The notes under the pieces: generated by a model
What the model was told of the DNA's origin: nothing
The model's database searches: none
The model's input: the letters and a program-made list of their open reading frames with translations, nothing else
Part shown: positions 55,284 to 63,459 of the stretch, piece after piece
How positions within the stretch are numbered: position 1 is the stretch's first letter
Layout: each line of letters opens with the position of its first letter
From: a virus
Strand: one strand, 5' to 3'
Length of the DNA: 64,000 nt
IMG/VR virus record: IMGVR_UViG_3300035703_004050
Location: 1 to 64,000 of that record
Made by a program: the position numbers and the translations under genes

Positions 55284-55951
55284 AGATAATCAAATACAGG
55301 ACAAAGACCGTTGAGGTACCTGTTGAGAAAATTGTAGAGAAAATAGTAGAGGTTCCAGTTGAGGTTCAAGTTATTAAGGAAGTTGAGAAGATTGTTGATC
55401 GGCCCGTGCCGCAGACGATCGAGGTCATCAAAGAAGTAGAGAAGATCGTTGAAGTTCCAGTCGAGAAGATTGTTGAGCGTATTGTTGAAGTTCCCGTTGA
55501 AGTAATCAAAGAGATAATCAAGGAAGTACCTGTTGAGGTAATTAAAACAGTTGAAGTTCCAGTTGAAAAAATTGTTGAGCGCGTAGTTGAAAAACCAATT
55601 GAAGTTCCTGTTACAACTACTATTGAAGAACAACTTGCACCACAAGTTGATTCATTTGATCCGTTCTTACAAAAAGGTTCAGCAACATTTGGTACAGCTT
55701 GGCCCTCAAATCCTGCTAAAGGAGATTTGTTTTTAAAAGTTGACTCTAAACCAAATAAGTTGTATAAATGGAATGGACGTAAATGGATAGAGATCGATAA
55801 ACAAAGAGTAAATGACACACTAGTTTATGATACAGCATATATAGATTATGTAATCGACCAAGTACGTCGCGGACATAGAGATTATGAAGATTTAAGTGAA
55901 ATTGAGAAGAGTCAAATAGTTGCAAGAATTAAACAACAAAATAATCAATGA
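55148..55951 (+). CDS. -1-frame extension with VEVPVEKIVE repeats, probably fused to the upstream ORF by frameshift
   Basis: Frame is open from 55148 with no ATG before the repeats; A9 run at 55157-55165; C-terminal FG.AWP.NP.KGDLFL.VD..PN.LYKWNG.KW. Confidence 0.7.
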   Translation, partial: GRTKKKLNGNSNSRSIVARVLVRTIRVPQEIIRYKTRTKKVEVPVEIIKYRTKTVEVPVEKIVEKIVEVPVEVQVIKEVEKIVDRPVPQTIEVIKEVEKIVEVPVEKIVERIVEVPVEVIKEIIKEVPVEVIKTVEVPVEKIVERVVEKPIEVPVTTTIEEQLAPQVDSFDPFLQKGSATFGTAWPSNPAKGDLFLKVDSKPNKLYKWNGRKWIEIDKQRVNDTLVYDTAYIDYVIDQVRRGHRDYEDLSEIEKSQIVARIKQQNNQ

Positions 55952-56336
55952 TGAGCATGTAATTGTTACAGCGCCAGATAGATTTTTTCAAGATTCAATA
56001 GTTGTATTGTTAGTTGATTGGCCAGCAGATTTAATTGATCAAGCATTGTCATCTATAAAAGGCAGTCAAACTCGTATTGCGATACACATATTTGACTACA
56101 ACGATAGTGACTATAATTGGTTAATTGATGTAGCTAATCAAGCAGATGTAATAGCAATTAACCTAAATAGCATTAATCACATTGATTTGATTAAGGGACA
56201 TCTAATATCAAAATCAAAAAGTTACTACTTTGGTAGATTAGGAATTAACAAGATTTTTTCCAATTTTACTAATGACCCAATTGGGGAATTATTAGTTAAG
56301 ATTGGTCAAAAAATATCGCAAATGGAGGAAAAATGA
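55920..56336 (+). CDS. Hypothetical protein
   Basis: IVTAPD motif; coupled to rpsU. Confidence 0.65.
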   Translation: MQELNNKIINDEHVIVTAPDRFFQDSIVVLLVDWPADLIDQALSSIKGSQTRIAIHIFDYNDSDYNWLIDVANQADVIAINLNSINHIDLIKGHLISKSKSYYFGRLGINKIFSNFTNDPIGELLVKIGQKISQMEEK

Positions 56337-56566
56337 GCGATCGAAACGATGACTTTGAACGTCAAGGTCTATACGTCAAAGTAAAAAACAATGACGTAAA
56401 CAAAGCTATGCGTAAGCTTAAGAAGATGATGACCGCAGAGGGAATCTTCCAAGAGTTACGCAAACGTGAATTTTACGAGCCACCAAGCATTCGTAAGAAG
56501 CGCGAAAAGGCGCAGGCCGTAAAGCGTTGGAAAAAGAAGCAAGCAGAAATTTCAGAAAATCTTTGA
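56333..56566 (+). CDS. rpsU: Ribosomal protein bS21
   Basis: V.V.NN.V.KAMRKLKK....EG...E.RKREFYE.PS..KKR...A.KR. Confidence 0.9.
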   Translation: MSDRNDDFERQGLYVKVKNNDVNKAMRKLKKMMTAEGIFQELRKREFYEPPSIRKKREKAQAVKRWKKKQAEISENL

Positions 56567-56607
56567 AATAACTCTTGTTTATTTTAAACTAGTAATTATA
56601 TATAGTA

Positions 56608-56665
56608 GCGTAAAACAGTGCCATGAGGGCTGTTTTACGCATCTTGCTTAACAAAGGAGAAAAAG
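56608..56665 (+). promoter_or_regulatory. ROSE-like RNA thermometer 5' UTR
   Basis: 11-bp hairpin GCGTAAAACAG/CTGTTTTACGC, then TCTT(G)CTT pairing with SD AAGGAGA. Confidence 0.65.
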
Positions 56666-57106
56666 ATGAATACACTTACTAAGTTTGACTTAACCCCATT
56701 TAACCGTGCTACAGTTGGTTTTGATCGCGTATTTGATATACTTGATCGCCAATTTGCTAATTCTGTAAGCACAACTTATCCCCCATACAATATTATTAAG
56801 GAAGCAGAAGACAACTACAAGATTGAAATTGCAGTTGCCGGTTTCCGTGAGGATGAGCTAGACATTACTGTTAAGGATTATGTCCTTACTGTAACTGGGG
56901 AACAAAAGCGTGAAGAGAACGCCGAAGGTCCAACTTACCTTCACAAGGGTATTTCTGCTCGCAGCTTTACACGCACATTTACTTTGGGCGATCATGTTGA
57001 AGTAAAGGGCGCAGTAGTTCAAAACGGACTACTTGTTATTAGCTTAGAGCGTGAAGTTCCAGAAGAAGCAAAACCAAAGAAAATTTCTATCACTTTCCAG
57101 AAGTAA
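56666..57106 (+). CDS. Small heat-shock protein (Hsp20/IbpA-like)
   Basis: VGFDR, YPPYNI, IAVAGF, YLHKGI..R.F.R.F.L and NGLL.I.L motifs. Confidence 0.95.
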   Translation: MNTLTKFDLTPFNRATVGFDRVFDILDRQFANSVSTTYPPYNIIKEAEDNYKIEIAVAGFREDELDITVKDYVLTVTGEQKREENAEGPTYLHKGISARSFTRTFTLGDHVEVKGAVVQNGLLVISLEREVPEEAKPKKISITFQK

Positions 57107-57232
57107 AGCCGTTGAACGGAAACACCGCGTAAGAGTTGGTATTGGGTGGTCTTACTTCACTTAAACTTACAGGCCTGTAAATTTTTCAGGTGTGAACTTT
57201 GATCTTAATGTAGTCCCAAAACTGGAAAGCAC

Positions 57233-57261
57233 AAGTGGACGGGGAAACCTGTCCACTTTTT
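57233..57261 (+). terminator. Intrinsic terminator
   Basis: AAGTGGACGGG-gaaa-CCTGTCCACTT plus a T-run. Confidence 0.85.
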
Positions 57262-57313
57262 CATTTGCAATACGATACAATTATGTTATAGTAAAGTCTA
57301 ACAGAGGATTAAA

Positions 57314-57622
57314 ATGGCTAAGACACAAACAACTACCAAAGTAAAAGTAAAGCCCCGCACGGATATTGAACCACCACGTCAGTTTAAAGTCATTTATCTA
57401 AACGATGAAGTTACTACAATGGACTTTGTTGTCCAAACTCTTATGGAAATCTTTGATCATAACGAAGAATCTGCAATGGACATTACTCAAAAGATCCATG
57501 AAGAAGGCAGTGCTGTTGTTGGCGTTTATTCATTTGAGATTGCTGAACACAAAGGTGTTGAGGTTACTGTAATGGCGCGGGCTAACGGATTTCCTTTACA
57601 GGTGAAAGTTGAGCCAGAATAA
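57314..57622 (+). CDS. clpS: ClpS N-degron adaptor
   Basis: FKVIYLNDEVTTMDFVV...IH.EG.AVVG.Y.FEIAE.K...GFPL. Confidence 0.92.
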   Translation: MAKTQTTTKVKVKPRTDIEPPRQFKVIYLNDEVTTMDFVVQTLMEIFDHNEESAMDITQKIHEEGSAVVGVYSFEIAEHKGVEVTVMARANGFPLQVKVEPE

Positions 57623-57812
57623 GCTTTTCCTCAGTTACAGCTTAATTAAAAAGATTAAGGAAGTAACTGGGAAAGAGTTTGATTGGAAAGCAGGAACAGG
57701 TGAGGGCTGGCGAGTAGAAAGAGATACTGACGCGAGCTATGTTTTCAATATTATTTTTGATAATGATGAATCTAAAATTATGTTTTTACTAAAATATGGA
57801 AATGGAAAATAA
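57609..57812 (+). CDS. Small hypothetical protein
   Basis: G..FDW...F...MFLLKYG pattern. Confidence 0.55.
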   Translation: MSQNKLFLSYSLIKKIKEVTGKEFDWKAGTGEGWRVERDTDASYVFNIIFDNDESKIMFLLKYGNGK

Positions 57813-58345
57813 TGGACGTAATGTTTGACCTCGAGACACTTGACACAAAACCGAGTGCAGTTATTCTTAGCCTTGGTGCTATTAGATTTGATCCCCTAGA
57901 AGACGGAATCGATCACAATGACGGACGTTTAAGTATGCGCCTAGAGATTGATCCACAATCGGGTATGGGAAGAACTATTTCTGAAGACACAATTGCTTGG
58001 TGGGCTACACAAAGCAAGGAAGCGCAAGACGCTGCATTTGGTGACGATAACAGAATTCCAGTAATTGAGGCAGTAGAAAAGTTTCACAAGTTTGTATGGG
58101 GTTGTGATAGGATATGGAGTCAAGGCAGCTTTGACGTAAACATTATGGAGCACCTATATACAAGTATTGGAAAACCATATACTTGGCAATATTGGCAAGT
58201 ACGTGATAGTCGTACACTGTTTGACTTCGTAGATGGTGCTATGGATCGTACTAAGCATCACGATGCAGTAGAGGATGCTATTGCACAAGCAGAAGCAGTA
58301 CAACGGGCATTGCGTAAAATTGGTTGGAATGGAACGCGACTTTAA
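57812..58345 (+). CDS. DEDDh 3'-5' exonuclease (Rv2179c/DexA-like)
   Basis: MFDLETL, T..WW..Q, SFD, RDSRT and HDAVEDA motifs. Confidence 0.85.
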   Translation: MDVMFDLETLDTKPSAVILSLGAIRFDPLEDGIDHNDGRLSMRLEIDPQSGMGRTISEDTIAWWATQSKEAQDAAFGDDNRIPVIEAVEKFHKFVWGCDRIWSQGSFDVNIMEHLYTSIGKPYTWQYWQVRDSRTLFDFVDGAMDRTKHHDAVEDAIAQAEAVQRALRKIGWNGTRL

Positions 58346-58661
58346 TATAGAACGCGACTTACAACGTTCTGATAAAATACTTGAAAAAGTAAAAGGGTAT
58401 GTTTACGCTCAAGCTCTTTATGCTGCACTCTGTAACAATACTTGGTTGCCATTAGATGTAATGAAACTTCTTAAAGATGATGGGTTTATGTGTAGTTGGC
58501 GTTATGCAGGGGGTCTAGTAGCAAGACTTAGGGGACACGGGGATTACATGGATTTCTATTGTTCTAGTTTAACAAACGATGTTTATATTCCTGAAGGTGT
58601 AGTTATTGATGAGATTGAAAACGATTTGAAAGAAGCTGGTTGGGTATTAAAGCGTAATTAA
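58329..58661 (+). CDS. Hypothetical protein
   Basis: YAQ.LYAALCNN...SWR.AGG.VA.LR..GDYMD.YCS. Confidence 0.75.
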   Translation: MERDFNIERDLQRSDKILEKVKGYVYAQALYAALCNNTWLPLDVMKLLKDDGFMCSWRYAGGLVARLRGHGDYMDFYCSSLTNDVYIPEGVVIDEIENDLKEAGWVLKRN

Positions 58662-59432
58662 TTTTGGATAATAAATGGGGAAGATTGAATCATCTGGTCT
58701 TCCCCTTGGGTTACTAACATAACGTATTCCATCAATAGTTTTATCACATGCTTCATCGTGATAATGACCAAAGCACCATGTAGTTATTTTACCATTTGTG
58801 TCGGCTTCTAATACACGATTTAAATTAGAACTATACATTTTAGTTGAATCACCAGTTGCCATATAGCTTGACAGATTAAACAAATCTTTTCTTGGAAGCG
58901 TATGTGTAACTACAACTATTTCATTAATCATTTCTGCTTTATTAAATTCACTAACAATATTATATAAAAATTCTCCGTTTTCAACAGATTCATCCCAAAT
59001 GCTAATAGCAACTTCATTTGGTAAATTATATAAATTACAAAACTCGTCTATTTGTTCGTATTTAGGTATGTGTGGTTCAGAATAATCAAAACTCCACCAA
59101 CCATTTGTACCAACAATTGCTACATTATCAAACACACAAGTTGAATCCCACAAATATGTAATATTAGATTTTTTGCTGAGCTCTTCTTCTAACCATTCAC
59201 AATTTTTTACAATGTTGAAATAGTCTGGTTTGTGTTCGTGATTTCCATCAACAAATATAACCTGTTTGTAATGGTATGATAATTGGAATAAAAAGTCTCT
59301 AGTAGTTGTTATTTTTTTTGAAACATCACCAGCCACAATACAGTTTAAGCTGGTTCCCAATCCTTTAAAATTCAATTTTTGATCTGCATCCCACAAATCA
59401 ATGTGGAGATCTGAAATTAAGTCAAAATCCAT
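58647..59432 (-). CDS. Calcineurin-like metallophosphoesterase
   Basis: SDLH, AGD, GNHE, THT.P, FGHYH and NPRG motifs. Confidence 0.9.
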   Translation of the reverse strand: MDFDLISDLHIDLWDADQKLNFKGLGTSLNCIVAGDVSKKITTTRDFLFQLSYHYKQVIFVDGNHEHKPDYFNIVKNCEWLEEELSKKSNITYLWDSTCVFDNVAIVGTNGWWSFDYSEPHIPKYEQIDEFCNLYNLPNEVAISIWDESVENGEFLYNIVSEFNKAEMINEIVVVTHTLPRKDLFNLSSYMATGDSTKMYSSNLNRVLEADTNGKITTWCFGHYHDEACDKTIDGIRYVSNPRGRPDDSIFPIYYPKLITL

Positions 59433-59537
59433 TATAACTTATTTACTTCAAATTGACTGGTATGCAAATTTTGCAGTTGTAATTCTATGTTGCAAGTGCT
59501 AAGTATATATGCAATGCAATATGAAAAGAGGAAAAAG

Positions 59538-59714
59538 ATGATGATCGCAGGAATTGGTAGACTTTTAATCAATGGTGTATGTAGAGGAAATGAGAATGAC
59601 GGAATTGTCCGCATGTTTGAAGTAGAATATGCAAAGGATTACCGTGCAGCAAGGCGTGCTGGTGTACACATTGATAGACATTTCGTAGAAGAGTTCCTAA
59701 AAGCTACAAAATAA
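59538..59714 (+). CDS. Small hypothetical protein
   Basis: SD GAGGA; IVRMFEVEYAKDY. Confidence 0.55.
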   Translation: MMIAGIGRLLINGVCRGNENDGIVRMFEVEYAKDYRAARRAGVHIDRHFVEEFLKATK

Positions 59715-59729
59715 ATTGACTTTATAAAG

Positions 59730-60110
59730 TTGATTAAGCATAATAAATTCATGCTCGTAGTATTTGGAAAAGAAAACGCAGACAAGCTCAAGGATCGTAT
59801 GACGCTTCTTGAGCTTGATACATTTATGCAGGATGGATTAGAAAGTCCTGTTACAGCTTATGCTGTGTTACAAGTTGAAGATATTCCGTTACAAGAACTT
59901 CCGCAACTTGAAAACATGACAACTTTACATAACACAATGTGGACAGAATATCGTGCTCGTAGATTTAGTTTCTGTGAGCAGGCTATGGAACATTTACGCG
60001 GTAAATGGAAAGGGACGCTTGACAGTTTTTATGATGAGTTTAGTCAAAGAATTAAAACTTTGGAAAACTCTTCTCTTGATGAAAATTGGACAGGTATTAT
60101 ACATAAATAA
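59730..60110 (+). CDS. Protein resembling the C-terminal tail of class III adenylate cyclases
   Basis: LELD.....PV..Y...YR.R.F..C......L.G.....Y...RI...W.G pattern. Confidence 0.45.
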   Translation: MIKHNKFMLVVFGKENADKLKDRMTLLELDTFMQDGLESPVTAYAVLQVEDIPLQELPQLENMTTLHNTMWTEYRARRFSFCEQAMEHLRGKWKGTLDSFYDEFSQRIKTLENSSLDENWTGIIHK

Positions 60111-60168
60111 ATTTTTAAAGTACTTGGGTAATCCAAGATGAAAAAATTAGGTGTTTAATATTTTTATT

Positions 60169-60199
60169 AAAAAGGTCATATGAAAATATGACCTTTTTT
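60169..60199. terminator. Bidirectional intrinsic terminator
   Basis: AAAAAGGTCATA-tgaaaa-TATGACCTTTTT. Confidence 0.75.
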
Positions 60200-60221
60200 A
60201 TTAAATACGCTGGAGAATAAT

Positions 60222-60986
60222 ATGGACTTAGAAAAGCAATTTATAGCTATGGGAATGACACCCGTGCAAGCAAAAGAACATGCAGATAATTTTGTTAAAG
60301 GGTTAAAAGAATTAGGACTGTCTGATCAAAAAGAACAGCTAACAGAGGCTGTCCCAGCTACTATGAGAATTGTTTCTAGCAACAATAATATTGCTAAAGC
60401 TTTATTAAGCGTGGGAGTAAAAGCAAACTTAGTCCAAATGTATGAACCTCATTTAACTAAAACAATGCAGGAATTTTTCATTAACAATAAAAATAGAAGA
60501 GCAATGTTTTTAGCACAAATATTACATGAAAGTGCAATGCTATCAGCAGTAGTTGAGAATTTAAACTACAGCGAACAGGGTTTAGTTACTACTTTTAAAA
60601 AGTACTTTGATCGTAAACGAGCTCAACGTTATGCACGTAAACCACAACAAATAGCAAACTATGTGTATGCTAACCGTATGGGAAATGGCAATGAACAATC
60701 GGGGGATGGTTGGCGTTTTCGCGGCAGAGGTCTTATACAATTAACTGGCAAGGACAATTATGTTGCTGCTGGAAAAGGATTAGGGGTTGATTTGTTAAAG
60801 AATCCAGATTACTTGTTAAGCCCAGAAGGTGCATCGCGCTCGGCGGGTTGGTTTTGGAACAGTAGGAATTTAAACAGAACTGCTGATGCAGGAAATATAC
60901 GAGAAAATACACGTTTAATTAATGGTGGATTTAAAGGATTAGATCATAGAACACAATTATATAATTCATTATTAAGGGTGTTGTGA
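60222..60986 (+). CDS. GH19 lysozyme/endolysin
   Basis: FLAQILHES, ENLNYS, GDGWRFRGRGLIQLTGKDNY and INGG..GL..R motifs. Confidence 0.92.
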   Translation: MDLEKQFIAMGMTPVQAKEHADNFVKGLKELGLSDQKEQLTEAVPATMRIVSSNNNIAKALLSVGVKANLVQMYEPHLTKTMQEFFINNKNRRAMFLAQILHESAMLSAVVENLNYSEQGLVTTFKKYFDRKRAQRYARKPQQIANYVYANRMGNGNEQSGDGWRFRGRGLIQLTGKDNYVAAGKGLGVDLLKNPDYLLSPEGASRSAGWFWNSRNLNRTADAGNIRENTRLINGGFKGLDHRTQLYNSLLRVL

Positions 60987-62237
60987 TCGATATAAATCAT
61001 AATAATACTTAAAGACAGTGATGTTGTTTTCTATCTCACTCGCCAAATATTTTTTTTGTGTGTTATTAAAAATATCATGCAGTATTTTAAACTCAAAATT
61101 TTGAAACTCTTTAGAATTATATGATTCAATATCTGTAATAATTGATTGATTAATGTAGTTGATATCATTTTGATTCAAATTATTAATAAATTTATCAAAC
61201 ATTAGTGGTTCTTTAGTTTTATTGTGTTTTAATGCTTTTTCTAAATTGATAATCATTTCATCTCTTATAGTTTTTTCAAACCCATTGTAAAAGTAATTCC
61301 TGTTGTATAATAATATTTCTTTCATTTTATCCAACATCTGATGAATCTCAAATTCGCTTAGGTTACCAATGTAATCAATAATTTCTAAAATTCTTTTTAA
61401 TCTTTCATTGTGATCTAAAATATCGTCATAATCTTCTGGCCAAAAATCATTAAATGTTTTGAACCCATAATCCTTTAAGTACTTTAACGCTCCAGGGCTT
61501 GAAATTAAGATAAAAGGCCTACAACAAATAATAGGTCTAAACACTTTTTCAGTTAGATGTATTCTTTTTTCGTAAAATATTCTTTCAGTTACTAGATGAC
61601 AAAATGAATTAATGAAATCTTTAGGGCTTATTGTATAGGAGTAATTTTGACTAATTGTTTCATCAACATTATGAAATACATCTACATCTACATTGTGACA
61701 ACTAACTATACTTTTATCTAAAAAATTATCAAGCAAGTGTTTTGCAATTATTAACCTATGTTCCCTATTTTTTAGTATGCGATTATAGCTACTAAATATT
61801 TTTGTAGGTCTCCAATTATTTTCAAAGTAAGATGCATGTTTGTAAAATCTATACCATTCTAAAGATAAAAATCCGTTACTAAACCAATAAAAATCAGCCC
61901 AACCAGAGGTAGCAAGCAGAGTATCTTTATCAACACTGTTTTTTTCGCTATTACTTAAAATGTGACTAGGGTTAAATCTATTCAACATATAAATTTTGTA
62001 CAACCATTGTTTTTTAAATTCCGAAAAAAGTATTGGTTCTTGATCATGAAATAATATTTTACTCTTTGTTAAATTAGGGTACATATCGCCAAACAAATCA
62101 TACTTAAAAGTAGGATCACCAAAATTAGCAGGATTGTTTTCTCCTAAATTTGGATAAATTTCAAAAGAAATATTATAATTGTTATTTTTGCAAACATCAA
62201 TTAGTATATGATATAAGTTATAAAAAGGATCATTCAT
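60972..62237 (-). CDS. Glycosyltransferase-like protein
   Basis: YNR....HR, HLVTE, LTEKVFRPI, PFI and GFKTF...W.E.YD; start uncertain. Confidence 0.5.
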   Translation of the reverse strand: MNDPFYNLYHILIDVCKNNNYNISFEIYPNLGENNPANFGDPTFKYDLFGDMYPNLTKSKILFHDQEPILFSEFKKQWLYKIYMLNRFNPSHILSNSEKNSVDKDTLLATSGWADFYWFSNGFLSLEWYRFYKHASYFENNWRPTKIFSSYNRILKNREHRLIIAKHLLDNFLDKSIVSCHNVDVDVFHNVDETISQNYSYTISPKDFINSFCHLVTERIFYEKRIHLTEKVFRPIICCRPFILISSPGALKYLKDYGFKTFNDFWPEDYDDILDHNERLKRILEIIDYIGNLSEFEIHQMLDKMKEILLYNRNYFYNGFEKTIRDEMIINLEKALKHNKTKEPLMFDKFINNLNQNDINYINQSIITDIESYNSKEFQNFEFKILHDIFNNTQKKYLASEIENNITVFKYYYDLYRSQHP

Positions 62238-63459
62238 GTTTTGTATTTCAATAATTGGATTAGGTAAGCTTGGTAAACCAACAGCGGATCTTATGATAGA
62301 ACTTGGGCACGATGTTCGTCCATACGACAACGCATTCGATACTGGTTATCTATTTGAAGAAGCAATACGCGACCGCGATATAATATTTATTGCAGTTCCA
62401 ACACCACATGATGCAGAATATGATGGCAGCAAACAAATTAGTCATTTAGAACCAAAAGATTTTGATTACAGTATTTTAGAACAAGTTGTAAATAATTGCC
62501 AACTCTATCAACCTAACATTCCAGTTGTTATTATTTCAACAGTATTGCCAAGTACAATACGCAGACTGTTTGGAAAATATGGGGACAAAATTATCTATAA
62601 TCCATATCTCATTGGAATGGGTTCAGTTAAAGAAGATTTAAAGGATCCTGATATTTTAATTATTGGTACACATGATGGGAAACCAAATGAAATTACAGAT
62701 ACATTGTTAACCATTTATAATCAAATGCACGACTATGCTTTTCCTTACGAAAAGATAAATATAGGTACTTGGGAAGAAGCAGAATCAATTAAGATATTCT
62801 ATAACACTTTTATCTCCGCAAAACTTGCTCTTGTCAATATGATACAAGACGTTGCTATGAAAACTGGTAACATGAATGTTGATGTAGTAACAAAAGCACT
62901 GCAAAATTCAACAAAACGTATTACAAGTTCTAAGTATATGACAGCTGGTATGGGTGACGGCGGTCCTTGTCATCCCCGAGATAACATTGCGCTACGTTGG
63001 TTAGCACAAGAACTTGATTTAGGATATGATATATTTGCAACTATTGTTGCATCTAGAGAAGTACAAGCAAACAATTTAGCAAAATTTTTAGTTAAATTAT
63101 CATTAGAAAACTCTTTACCAATCTACATACACGGTAAAAGTTTCAAACCCGGCGTTCCTTATACAGAGGGCAGTTACAGTATACTTGTTGGGGAAGGTAT
63201 TAAACGTATAACTGGTCAAGATCCAACCTATATCGATCCATTAACAGAAAAAGAACTTCCTATGGATGTTAAAGGTGTTGTTTTATTAGCCCACAATGCT
63301 TCTGTTACGTATAACTATACTAGTAAGTATACTAACGATCTATACACTAATTTTATGGACGGTAGTATCATCGTAGATCCATGGCGAACATATAAACCCC
63401 AAGATCAATCAATAAAGGTAATACACTATGGCAATTCAAGGACCAGCACTACCTGGTAA
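62236..63459 (+). CDS. UDP-glucose/GDP-mannose dehydrogenase
   Basis: GLGKLG, IAVPTP, STV.P, YNP, K..YN and GDGGPCHPRD motifs. Confidence 0.9.
   Translation: MFCISIIGLGKLGKPTADLMIELGHDVRPYDNAFDTGYLFEEAIRDRDIIFIAVPTPHDAEYDGSKQISHLEPKDFDYSILEQVVNNCQLYQPNIPVVIISTVLPSTIRRLFGKYGDKIIYNPYLIGMGSVKEDLKDPDILIIGTHDGKPNEITDTLLTIYNQMHDYAFPYEKINIGTWEEAESIKIFYNTFISAKLALVNMIQDVAMKTGNMNVDVVTKALQNSTKRITSSKYMTAGMGDGGPCHPRDNIALRWLAQELDLGYDIFATIVASREVQANNLAKFLVKLSLENSLPIYIHGKSFKPGVPYTEGSYSILVGEGIKRITGQDPTYIDPLTEKELPMDVKGVVLLAHNASVTYNYTSKYTNDLYTNFMDGSIIVDPWRTYKPQDQSIKVIHYGNSRTSTTW

Noticed and set aside
55281-55289. TAG read-through or stop-codon reassignment at the end of the membrane protein
   Set aside because: In-frame TAA follows two codons later, and the repeat domain is in the -1 frame. 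Conserved genes elsewhere are intact in code 11.
55268-55610. Tandem nucleotide repeats as a CRISPR array
   Set aside because: They are degenerate codon-level repeats encoding VEVPVEKIVE, with no constant repeat/unique spacer structure.
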